Origin: Aciduliprofundum boonei T469 | Lineage (GTDB): Archaea; Thermoplasmatota; Thermoplasmata; Thermoplasmatales; Aciduliprofundaceae | Direction of reading: 5' to 3' | DNA length: 32,000 nt | NCBI RefSeq assembly: GCF_000025665.1 | Contig: NC_013926.1 | Span: 1,260,001 to 1,292,000, forward strand | Shown here: piece after piece, positions 8,511 to 16,459 of the stretch | How the letters are laid out: each line of letters opens with the position of its first letter | Position numbering within the stretch: position 1 is the first letter of the stretch | Made by a program: the position numbers and the translations under genes | The notes under the pieces: generated by a model | Told to the model about the DNA's origin: nothing | The model's input: only the letters and a program-made list of their open reading frames with translations | Database searches by the model: none

Positions 8511-8954
8511 ATGTTTGAGATGAACATAAAAATTGTGGACCCTATGCTACACGATAACAATATTGATTCTGTGCTTTTGAATTTTCTGAATTCGATTGGC
8601 TATATGCCAAGAGTGGACCCTCAGAGGGATTTTAGAAGGGCAATAAAGAGTGTGCCCTATAGATTGTTTAAGGAATGCTTTCTTCTCAGGCCTGATAGGG
8701 AATGGAGTGTGGAAGAGCTTATTGCGTATCTCAATACCACTAGAACCACTCTTTACAGGCATTTGAACAAATTGAAATCAATGGACATTCTTGATGAAAG
8801 GCAGGAGGGTATGAATAAATTGTATCGCTTAAAATATGGTAATTTGGAGAGAGCATGGGTATTTGTAGAGGCAAATGTTAAATTGGCAATGGAGAATTAC
8901 AGGAAGATGGTTGAGCATATTTCCAACTTGGCAGGAGGTGAGAAGGTTGAATAA
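8511..8954 (+). CDS. Winged helix-turn-helix transcriptional regulator (ArsR/TrmB-like)
   Basis: The ORF-track ORF 8331-8954 overlaps the peptidase gene, so it was trimmed to ATG 8511 (MFEMNIKIV...) or 8520. The HTH-like segment is WSVEELIAYLNTTRTTLYRHLNKLKSMDILDE. TTAAATAAA at 8481-8489 could be its TATA box, giving a near-leaderless mRNA. Confidence 0.6.
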   Translation: MFEMNIKIVDPMLHDNNIDSVLLNFLNSIGYMPRVDPQRDFRRAIKSVPYRLFKECFLLRPDREWSVEELIAYLNTTRTTLYRHLNKLKSMDILDERQEGMNKLYRLKYGNLERAWVFVEANVKLAMENYRKMVEHISNLAGGEKVE

Positions 8955-9009
8955 ATTAACTATTGGCTCAAAATGCGTAATATACTCAGTGGCATCCCAT
9001 GACTCAATA

Positions 9010-9210
9010 ATGAAAACTACAGGAATATTTAGGGGTTTTGTGGCTCTGGGAGAAGACACTTCTCTAAGCATAGAGCTTGGAGAGGAGCATGGGGAGTTAA
9101 AAGGTAAAATACGCCTAATACCCATGGGCTCAATAGCGGCTGTGGATGTGATAGAACTTGCCGAGGAAGAAGAGGAGGAAGACGAGGGCGAGAAGATTTA
9201 TTACAGTTGA
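9010..9210 (+). CDS. Small hypothetical protein with poly-Glu acidic tail
   Basis: This is the downstream part of ORF 8875-9210. The first ATG after the regulator's stop is 9010 (MKTTGIFRGFVALGED...AEEEEEEDEGEKIYYS); GTG 8989 is an alternative. I recognise no family. Confidence 0.4.
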   Translation: MKTTGIFRGFVALGEDTSLSIELGEEHGELKGKIRLIPMGSIAAVDVIELAEEEEEEDEGEKIYYS

Positions 9211-9731
9211 ATAACTGCGACATCCTCGTAAATTGGCCCTTTGGGAGTTAGTGTGCTATTTTTTATTTTTACCTCTCTGACATCCACTTCCCCAAATTTC
9301 AAATTTTTGAATCTATCATAATTCATTATGGATACTCTCCCCTTTGCCCTAGCCACAGTGAGATGAGGTACATAGCCTTTCTCTCTCTCAAATCCAAGCT
9401 TGGATAGTTTCTCATCTATGCATTTTGCCATTTTGACTATGGGCTCGTAGCCATCAATGCCGATCCAAATTACCCTAATGTATCTCTCATTTGGGAAAAA
9501 ACCAACGCCTTGCAAGGATATTTTAAACTTATCCACTTTACACTCTTCCACGATTTTTTTTATTTTTTCTATTAATTTTTCCTCTATCTCTCCCAAAAAT
9601 TTCAGGGTTATGTGCATATTCTCCTCTTCTACCAATTTTGCCCTGCCCTCTATGCTTTTTTGCAATTCCTCAATCTCTCTAAAGAACGGAATTTCAATGG
9701 CTATGAATGTGCGCATATTTGCTAATCGCAT
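9201..9731 (-). CDS. ligT: RNA 2',3'-cyclic phosphodiesterase / 2'-5' RNA ligase (2H phosphoesterase, LigT/ThpR)
   Basis: The 176-aa ORF carries the two H-x-T-x motifs HITLKF and HLTVAR at the expected spacing. The start could be ATG 9716 instead of 9731. Confidence 0.85.
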   Translation of the reverse strand: MRLANMRTFIAIEIPFFREIEELQKSIEGRAKLVEEENMHITLKFLGEIEEKLIEKIKKIVEECKVDKFKISLQGVGFFPNERYIRVIWIGIDGYEPIVKMAKCIDEKLSKLGFEREKGYVPHLTVARAKGRVSIMNYDRFKNLKFGEVDVREVKIKNSTLTPKGPIYEDVAVIQL

Positions 9732-9786
9732 TGGAGGTTAAAAATATAACGCAAGATTTTTTACCCTTTATGCATTTAGGCAATCG

Positions 9787-10176
9787 GTGAGCAATATGAT
9801 ACCTGAAGATTTGAAATACACAAAAACCCACGAGTGGGTAAAGGTTGAAGGTAATAAGGCTAAGATAGGAATAACCTATCATGCGCAAGAGCAGCTCCAT
9901 GATATAGTTTATGTCGAGCTTCCAAATGTGGGCGATGAAATAGCCAAGGGAGACAATCTTGGAGTTGTTGAATCTGTGAAGGCAGCAAGTGATATATATG
10001 CCCCAATATCTGGCAAGGTTGTAGCGGTGAATGACGAAGTTGTCAACTCTCCAGAGCTTCTCAACCAAGATCCTTACAAGAATTGGCTAGTTGAAATGGA
10101 AATTACAAATCCAAGCGAGCTGGATGAATTGCTAAGCGCTGAAGAATACAAGAAGGTTGTAGAGGAAGAAAGTTGA
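9787..10176 (+). CDS. gcvH: Glycine cleavage system H protein (lipoyl carrier)
   Basis: Conserved sequences are IPEDLKYTKTHEWV and the lipoyl-lysine motif VESVKAASD. The track start is GTG 9787. ATG 9796, preceded by GGTGA, is more likely. Confidence 0.88.
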   Translation: MSNMIPEDLKYTKTHEWVKVEGNKAKIGITYHAQEQLHDIVYVELPNVGDEIAKGDNLGVVESVKAASDIYAPISGKVVAVNDEVVNSPELLNQDPYKNWLVEMEITNPSELDELLSAEEYKKVVEEES

Positions 10177-10760
10177 AAAATCGTGACTATTACTACTGGG
10201 AGGCAAAAAAACGCGGTTATAAGAGTCGTGCCTCCTTCAAATTATTGCAGATAAACGATAGATTTTATCTTATTCGTAAAGGATATACCGTTTTGGATTT
10301 AGGTGCTGCACCCGGTGGCTGGAGCCAAGTGGCTTTGAAAATTGTGGGTAGAGAGGGGAGGGTAATTGCCGTGGACATAAAACCTGTAAAATTGAGAGAT
10401 GTGGAGTATATAAGAGGAGATGTTTACAGCGATGAGACATTAAAAAGGATAAAGGAAAGAGCGGAAAAAGTGGATGTAGTTCTCTCAGATATGTCTCCAA
10501 AAATTTCGGGTATAAGCTCATGGGACCATGCACGCTCTATAGACCTTGCAGAGAGAGCCCTATTTATAGCGGAGAATGTTTTAAGAGAAAGGGGGCATTT
10601 TGTAGTGAAGATCTTCCAAGGAGATATGCTCAACGCATACCTTAAAAAATGCAGGGATAGATTTGATATGGTAAAGGTGCATAAGCCAAAGGCATCGAAT
10701 AGAGAAAGTCCGGAAATCTATGTGGTTTGCAAAAGATTTAAATTATCTAACACTCCATAG
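10173..10760 (+). CDS. rlmE: 23S rRNA 2'-O-ribose methyltransferase RlmE/FtsJ
   Basis: The 195-aa ORF has SRASFKL, the SAM-binding motif DLGAAPGGWSQV, and VVLSDMSP. Its TTG start overlaps the gcvH TGA stop (TTGA junction). Confidence 0.85.
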   Translation: MKNRDYYYWEAKKRGYKSRASFKLLQINDRFYLIRKGYTVLDLGAAPGGWSQVALKIVGREGRVIAVDIKPVKLRDVEYIRGDVYSDETLKRIKERAEKVDVVLSDMSPKISGISSWDHARSIDLAERALFIAENVLRERGHFVVKIFQGDMLNAYLKKCRDRFDMVKVHKPKASNRESPEIYVVCKRFKLSNTP

Positions 10761-11359
10761 AGGCGCTCTAGTTCTATAATCACCATTATTCTTTCCTCAG
10801 TTCTTTCCCTGAGCAGCTCTTTTATTTTTCTCCCCATGTATCTCTCTCTTTCATTCTCAATTTTTCTGTATTGAGGAATTTTGTTTACCTCTTTATCCCA
10901 AAGCATAACAAATTCTTCTGGTGTATCTGCCTCAAAATTCTTACGCCATACCTTCCTCTTTCGAAAATTAAAGCGCATTATATGAAAGAAATCAATTGTT
11001 TTCACAAATAAATCTGAATACTCCTCGTCGGGCATATCAATGGGTATTATCTCAATTCCATCCTCTTTCGCTATAGCAAATGCTTCAAGGTATGTGGGCA
11101 CAGGCAATCCAACTTCCCCGTACTTTTCAAGTTTTAAAGCATAAATAACTTCATAATCTTCAGGATCGATATCAAAGGGTTCTTTTAGATATTTTTTCAA
11201 CCCTGATAACTCTTCTGGAGAGATACCAAGAAACATAACTTGGGCCTTGAAATCTTTAAACAATTCTTTAAGTTTTTCTCTCTCGCTAACAAGTCCTTTT
11301 ATTGTGCCGAAAAATAAAACTTCTTTTCCATTGATATTGAACTGAAAAACCCTCTTCAT
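10718..11359 (-). CDS. TraB/GumN-family-like protein (function unknown)
   Basis: The 213-aa ORF resembles TraB-family proteins in its N-terminus (VLFFGTIKGLVSE) and length, by recollection only. Its start overlaps the upstream regulator gene by 4 nt, and its 3' end overlaps rlmE convergently by 43 nt. Confidence 0.4.
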   Translation of the reverse strand: MKRVFQFNINGKEVLFFGTIKGLVSEREKLKELFKDFKAQVMFLGISPEELSGLKKYLKEPFDIDPEDYEVIYALKLEKYGEVGLPVPTYLEAFAIAKEDGIEIIPIDMPDEEYSDLFVKTIDFFHIMRFNFRKRKVWRKNFEADTPEEFVMLWDKEVNKIPQYRKIENERERYMGRKIKELLRERTEERIMVIIELERLYGVLDNLNLLQTT

Positions 11360-12282
11360 ATAGCACTCCTTTCCCTGACTATTTTGCGGATTTCCTCCTT
11401 ACTTTCTATTTCCATAATTTCGCTTCTCTCAATCAAAGGTATTCCATCAATCTCTTCGTACTTTGCCTTATTTACCACGATAAATGCATTTTTACCCAGG
11501 AGTTCTGTAAATATACGCAGATTCATCGCTTTTACCTTTAATTTTTTCTGATTTTTACCTATGCTCGTTAAGAATACATCCCGCTCGTCTTTGCTTAAAG
11601 CTTCAAAGGGGCATTTAATGGTGAGAAATACATCATAGCCGATTTTCATCAATCTGCGGTATATATCATCAACATCTTCAATATTTTCATATCTCTCCTC
11701 CTTTAATCTCCTTAAATCTAGGATATCAATGGGCTCAATCAGAGGTATGCCCAAATAATCTTCAAGACGGAGAGCACTATCAATAGTTGCATTCATGCCT
11801 TCCTCGTATAACTGGATGGCTTTCCTTGACACACCTGCAATCTTTGCCAACTCTCCTAAAGATATACCTCTCGCTTCCCTCACCCTCCTTAAAAGCCATC
11901 CGTTTATGTTCACATACAATCCTCCTGGAGAGGCATAAACCATGGGATATTCTCCATTAACTATGAAATTCTTGAATGTATTAAAAGATAGTATAGGCAA
12001 ACCATGGCGAGAATACACAACATCGTCCATTATCTCTCCCATTGCATTTCTTTTACCTATTACAATCGGTGCCGCCTTCAATTCTTTACCCAAGATTTTT
12101 AACTCCCTAGCAACTTCGGCTCTTAATGCATCTATATTAACCAAAGCTTTCAGGATTAAAATCAAATCATCTCTGCGGGCTATCATATCAAAACTTATAC
12201 TCTTGAGTATGGGCTCACCTATCTCAAAATTCTCCCTAAAGAGTAATTCACGAATATCCCGCAGCAATTTCTCCTTCTCCAT
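11356..12282 (-). CDS. XRE-type HTH transcriptional regulator (archaeal COG1395-like)
   Basis: The 308-aa ORF has a central HTH, ISLGELAKIAGVSRKAIQLYEEG, flanked by archaeal-specific N- and C-terminal domains. Confidence 0.65.
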   Translation of the reverse strand: MEKEKLLRDIRELLFRENFEIGEPILKSISFDMIARRDDLILILKALVNIDALRAEVARELKILGKELKAAPIVIGKRNAMGEIMDDVVYSRHGLPILSFNTFKNFIVNGEYPMVYASPGGLYVNINGWLLRRVREARGISLGELAKIAGVSRKAIQLYEEGMNATIDSALRLEDYLGIPLIEPIDILDLRRLKEERYENIEDVDDIYRRLMKIGYDVFLTIKCPFEALSKDERDVFLTSIGKNQKKLKVKAMNLRIFTELLGKNAFIVVNKAKYEEIDGIPLIERSEIMEIESKEEIRKIVRERSAI

Positions 12283-12302
12283 CTCAGCTTACGATTACGC
12301 TT

Positions 12303-13268
12303 TTAATATATATTTTTTTCCCTCGCATTTTCTATCTCACGAAATATATTGTTCATCATCTCAACAAAGTACCAAGCTACCAAGAGTTGAGCAATCTGCG
12401 TGCCATTCACATATTTGCTTCTCTCAAGTATGTAATTTTCAAAGCCCGTATATTCCATTATTCTTCTCTCCAAAGAATCTATGGCTTCGTGGGGGATAAG
12501 TCCGTCAAATGTGATGCGAGATACTCTCTTCATATAGTAAAAATCGTCTCTGTAGGAAATCATCATCGGTTTCTGCGATGTATTTATTAGAGAAGACAAA
12601 CTCAAAGGCATCTCAATTCCGCTCAATGGAAAATCAAGAACTTTAAGTATTGTTTCTACGGAATATGAATCCTCTTCTGAGAATTTTGAAATATCAATTT
12701 TTATCACAATATCTGCATAAATCTTTTGGAAATCTATGTATCTCTTGTAAAAGGGCTCTCTTGCTCTTATTTCTTTTATCACATCCTCCTTTTTGTATCC
12801 CCTCTCTTCAACATCTCTTTTTATTTTCCACAGCCATTTTATGTCTTTCGATGGATCAACATAGATTTTCAAATCAAGATAATTGCGAAGCTCATCGTAT
12901 AAAGTGTGCAAACCTTCCACGATAACAATTTTCTTTGGCTCAAAAACCTCTGGAGGGTCAAATTTTCCAGTTTTGTGGTTGTAAACAGGTTTGATTATAG
13001 CATTACCCTTTTGCAGAGCGCTCAGATGCTCTGCGGCTAATTTTAAATTGTTTATCTTTGGATCCAAGGGCAAATGCCCTGTTTTCTTTCTTGTCTCCCT
13101 ATCCTCCGTATGATAATCATCCAAGGAGAAAGACGAAACTAAATCTTTGCCCAACAAATTTATGATACTCTTTGTGAATGTGCTCTTCCCACTGCCAGAG
13201 TCCCCGGCAACTCCTATTATCAGAGAACCTTCATACTCCTCTAATCTTCTCCTAAATTCTCCAAGCAT
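12303..13268 (-). CDS. prk: Phosphoribulokinase homolog (PRK/uridine kinase family)
   Basis: The 321-aa ORF has the P-loop IIGVAGDSGSGKSTF. Long stretches match my memory of plant/cyanobacterial PRK: LDDYHTEDRETRKKTG..LDPKINN, KPVYNHKTGKFDPPE, IVIVEGLH, and KIYVDPSKDIKWLWKIKRDVEERG. Confidence 0.75.
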   Translation of the reverse strand: MLGEFRRRLEEYEGSLIIGVAGDSGSGKSTFTKSIINLLGKDLVSSFSLDDYHTEDRETRKKTGHLPLDPKINNLKLAAEHLSALQKGNAIIKPVYNHKTGKFDPPEVFEPKKIVIVEGLHTLYDELRNYLDLKIYVDPSKDIKWLWKIKRDVEERGYKKEDVIKEIRAREPFYKRYIDFQKIYADIVIKIDISKFSEEDSYSVETILKVLDFPLSGIEMPLSLSSLINTSQKPMMISYRDDFYYMKRVSRITFDGLIPHEAIDSLERRIMEYTGFENYILERSKYVNGTQIAQLLVAWYFVEMMNNIFREIENAREKNIY

Positions 13269-13329
13269 AAGTGTAATAAAGAAAATGAAGATAAAAAGAT
13301 TAGGGCATTATTTCTTTGAAATTTAAAAC

Positions 13330-16323
13330 CTAACGCCCCTCCACGATTCTTATCTCCTCGTCCGTGAGCCCGTATATGCGGTACACGAGCGAATCTATGG
13401 CGCGATCTATGCCGTCAATCTGCCTTTTTATCCTCTCCTTCTCCCCCGGCAACCTCGCCTCGCCGAGCTCCCTGTGCAGCTCCAGCATCCTCCCCACATA
13501 ATTCACGATTTCATCGTGCATCCTCCGCTCCTCCGGCTTCGAGAGGTCGAGCACGCGGATTGGAATCATTTCGAGGTATTGCCGGATAAAGCGCATATAT
13601 CCTCCCCGAATTGTGCTTGTGATATTTGCGTAATAAAAATGTACCATTTTTGAGTTCAGAATTCCAAGAAGATATTTATCCCCAACCGGAATGATGTACG
13701 CAGTATTTACGCAATAAAATGCTTTGTCATCATATGTTGCCTGCATTCTAAGCGCTATATCTGGAAACATTATTTTCGGCTTCTCAAACTCCTCGTAGTA
13801 ATCGCACGGCCTCAGCTCCCACCAGTACTCGCCCTTGTCCCACCTCTTCTTTGCCTTCTCCTCGAATTGCGCGAGATGCTTCGCTATCGCCGGGTACTCG
13901 CTGGAGAACCATTCCCATGCGCTTCTTCCTTTTTTGTGCTCGTTTGTCCAGCCGGATGGGATGAGTATAAGGTACCTGTCCCTGAACTCTATGCGGTACC
14001 TCTTGATGTCCTTGCCGACGAGGAACGGCTTTATCAGCTCTGCGCTTTTCGGGTCCTCTCTTATGAGTCTGTCCCGCGTCTCCCCGTCGATGACGAACGC
14101 CTCATTTAGGCCCGTTTTAATGCCATAGTAAATCTTCCCCTGCACGTACTCCCCCAGCGGAATCCCGGCGTTCTTCAGTTTTTCCAGCAGTTTCGCCTCC
14201 TCCTGGCTCACCAGCGCCCATCCGGAGTCGTCGAGATTCGAGTAGTAAACTTTGAACCTCTCTTTCCTTGCGATTTCCTTCAGGCGCGCCGGCTCTAGGG
14301 TTTTTAAATTCACGGCCCAGAAGTACTTTCTCGGCTTGCTCGCCTTCACTATCATTATGCACGGGTATGTCGTGGCCTTCTTGAACACCGGCAGGTCTCC
14401 GAAGTCCAGAATCTCCACTATCTGCCACTTCTTCAGCCATTCTCTGAGCGGTTTTCCGTAGTTGGCGCGCATCCATTTGTTGGCCACTATTATGCCGTAA
14501 ATCCCGTTGGGTTTGAGCAGTTTCATGCTTCTCTCTATGAAGTAAACGTAAAGGTCCGCGGTCCCGTGGTACACCTCGTAATGCTCCTTGAAGTAGTTCT
14601 TCAGTTTCCCGAGCATCTCCTGCCTCACGTACGGGGGATTGCCGATAATCACGTCGAATCCCCCGTTTTTCATCACCTCCGGGAACTCCTTCTCCCAGTC
14701 GAATGCGTTTATCCTCTCCCTCTCCTCATCGAAAAGGGTCATCTGCACCCCCGAAGCGTAGTAATCCGTGCCCACAAGCGAGTTCCCGCACTTGATGTTG
14801 TTTCCGAGGTCGGGAAGTGCCCTCTCCCTCCACAGTTTTTGCTGCCTCTCCAGGGCGTCTTTGTTCTCTCCCTCCAGAACCTTCAGCAGGAGGCTCAGCT
14901 TTGTTACCTCCACCGCCTGCTCGTCTATGTCCACGCCGTATATGCTGTTCAGCAGTATCCTCTTCTTCTCCCTTATCGTCAGGTGCCACTCCCCGTTTTT
15001 GTCCTGATAAATTCTGTCCCTGTACCTCTTCTTGTTTTTCGCACTCGTGTAGTACCTCAGATGCTCCTCGAGGAGCCGGGTGTACGCGCCCAGAAGAAAC
15101 GAGCCGGAGCCACATGCCGAGTCCAGAATCTTTATCTTCTCCATCTCCTTGGGGGTTTTTCCCTTGCACAGCTTTCCAACGGTGTTCTCCACTATGTAAT
15201 TTACGATGTACTGTGGTGTGTAATAAACCCCGCCCGCCTTTTTCACCTCAGGCTTCTCTTCCACCTTCGCCCTGTGCCCCTTCGTTAATCTTATCACCTT
15301 TCCTAGGAACTGCTCGTAAACCTGGCCGAGTATCTCGGGGCTTATGACCGAAAACTCGTAGGGGCTCTCCGGATAGTAAAGACCCTTGATTATCCTTTTT
15401 AGCACCTTGCTGTCGATTTTTATGTTCGGGGTAATATCATCGGGCTCGGTGGCCCTGCCCTTCTCCGGTTTGAAGTGAAACAGCCCGGAGTTGTACTTTT
15501 CGTCCGCCTCTTGATAAAGCTTCAGGAGGGCAGCGTAAACATCCTCCTCGGCAGCCTCTAAAAGTCTCCCATATCTTTCAACTCCTCTATCTTCGCACAT
15601 TCTCAGAAATATTATCCTGTCTATCGTTCTTTGCACCGCGTAGTTGAGCTCTTTCACGCTCAAATTGGGATTCCTCAGCGCAATATTTCTTGCAAGCTCG
15701 ACTCTCCACCCCTCAATTTCCTTGAGAAATTCCTCATCCACAGGAGTGGTCCCCCTCTTGTTCCTGCTCTCTTCCGCAAATCTATCAAATTCCCCTTTCA
15801 GCACCGCCTCCTTGGAGAATATGGCATATATCTCGTCCCACTTCTCAACGTAATCCTTGTAGGTAAGGTACATTATTCTCTCGGTGCTCGGCTTATCGTC
15901 CTTTTTCGGCTTCTTCCTAGCTTCGTATACTGCAAATTCCGCAAAATTTGTCAGAATGGATAAGGGAAGCCCCGCGCTCCATGCGTACCTTCTGAGCTGA
16001 TACGCCGGCTCGGAGTCCTTGTTTATGTTCACCGCCGGCTTTTTCGCCTCCACAAAGAACATCTTCCTCCCCGCTAGAGTGAAGGCGTAATCAGGTGCCT
16101 TGGTCCCTTTCGCAACTTTGATAGAATCTTCGTGAACCACATCCCGGTATTGGGGTGCTGCCCCGCTCCTATTCTCCATGTCCCACCCCAGAGCTTCGAA
16201 GAATGGGTTGATGAACTCCTGCCTTAGCTGGTCCTCCTTGTATGCGGGGCTTTTATATGCTTTCAGGTTCCTCTCAAACCTCTCCACGAGTTCCTTTATT
16301 ATCTCAGGAGCTGGCATACTCAT
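13330..16323 (-). CDS. Type IIG restriction-modification enzyme (single chain: PD-(D/E)xK nuclease, gamma-class N6-adenine methyltransferase and TaqI_C-like specificity domain)
   Basis: The 997-aa ORF has an N-terminal nuclease motif APDYAF...FFVEAKK and SAM motif I ILDSACGSGSFLL. It also has catalytic motif IV IIGNPPYVRQE and a C-terminal specificity-domain signature YYGIKTGLNEAFVIDG. AAGGTGA lies only 1 nt from ATG 16323 and 7 nt from ATG 16317, so 16317 may be the true start. GC content is far above that of the flanks. Confidence 0.85.
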   Translation of the reverse strand: MSMPAPEIIKELVERFERNLKAYKSPAYKEDQLRQEFINPFFEALGWDMENRSGAAPQYRDVVHEDSIKVAKGTKAPDYAFTLAGRKMFFVEAKKPAVNINKDSEPAYQLRRYAWSAGLPLSILTNFAEFAVYEARKKPKKDDKPSTERIMYLTYKDYVEKWDEIYAIFSKEAVLKGEFDRFAEESRNKRGTTPVDEEFLKEIEGWRVELARNIALRNPNLSVKELNYAVQRTIDRIIFLRMCEDRGVERYGRLLEAAEEDVYAALLKLYQEADEKYNSGLFHFKPEKGRATEPDDITPNIKIDSKVLKRIIKGLYYPESPYEFSVISPEILGQVYEQFLGKVIRLTKGHRAKVEEKPEVKKAGGVYYTPQYIVNYIVENTVGKLCKGKTPKEMEKIKILDSACGSGSFLLGAYTRLLEEHLRYYTSAKNKKRYRDRIYQDKNGEWHLTIREKKRILLNSIYGVDIDEQAVEVTKLSLLLKVLEGENKDALERQQKLWRERALPDLGNNIKCGNSLVGTDYYASGVQMTLFDEERERINAFDWEKEFPEVMKNGGFDVIIGNPPYVRQEMLGKLKNYFKEHYEVYHGTADLYVYFIERSMKLLKPNGIYGIIVANKWMRANYGKPLREWLKKWQIVEILDFGDLPVFKKATTYPCIMIVKASKPRKYFWAVNLKTLEPARLKEIARKERFKVYYSNLDDSGWALVSQEEAKLLEKLKNAGIPLGEYVQGKIYYGIKTGLNEAFVIDGETRDRLIREDPKSAELIKPFLVGKDIKRYRIEFRDRYLILIPSGWTNEHKKGRSAWEWFSSEYPAIAKHLAQFEEKAKKRWDKGEYWWELRPCDYYEEFEKPKIMFPDIALRMQATYDDKAFYCVNTAYIIPVGDKYLLGILNSKMVHFYYANITSTIRGGYMRFIRQYLEMIPIRVLDLSKPEERRMHDEIVNYVGRMLELHRELGEARLPGEKERIKRQIDGIDRAIDSLVYRIYGLTDEEIRIVEGR

Positions 16324-16440
16324 TTCACCTTAATTTCAATATTGTTTAAAGTAAAGTTTTGCCCCCATAAAAAATTTTATTTTTAAAACTAAGTATTCAA
16401 AAGTGTCAAACATTCTCTATGTAATGGAAAAACAAAATAT

Positions 16441-16459
16441 CAAAAAGTAAAAATAAAAA
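16441..16459 (-). terminator. Oligo-T termination tract after the beta-helix gene
   Basis: On the minus strand, TTTTTATTTTTACTTTTT follows directly after the TAA stop. Archaeal RNA polymerase terminates at oligo-T runs. Confidence 0.4.

Noticed and set aside
11942-12499. A 185-aa plus-strand ORF spanning the junction of the HTH regulator and PRK genes.
   Set aside because: It lies antisense to two well-supported genes, is Ser/Ile/Phe-rich and low in complexity, and has no recognisable motif or SD. It is a shadow ORF of K/E-rich coding sequence.
13835-15963. Many long ORFs inside or antisense to the R-M gene. Examples are 14566-15288 (+, 240 aa), 14817-15347 (+), 14726-15169 (-), 14117-14476 (-) and 15631-15963 (+).
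   Set aside because: They overlap the well-supported 997-aa ORF completely. Their products are low-complexity and rich in P, R, S and L, as expected from off-frame reading of GC-rich DNA. Stop codons are simply rare in this higher-GC segment.
13330-16323. The R-M gene considered as a BREX PglX or a Type I/III methyltransferase subunit.
   Set aside because: No pglZ, brxC, brxL, hsdR/S, or res genes are adjacent. The protein has its own N-terminal PD-(D/E)xK nuclease and a C-terminal specificity domain, which fits a stand-alone Type IIG enzyme.
13322-16390. An 8-nt direct repeat, TTTAAAAC, on both sides of the R-M gene (about 13322-13329 and about 16383-16390), considered as a target-site duplication.
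   Set aside because: An 8-mer made of A and T plus one C is expected by chance in flanks of 20-25 % GC. No inverted repeats or recombinase gene accompany it.
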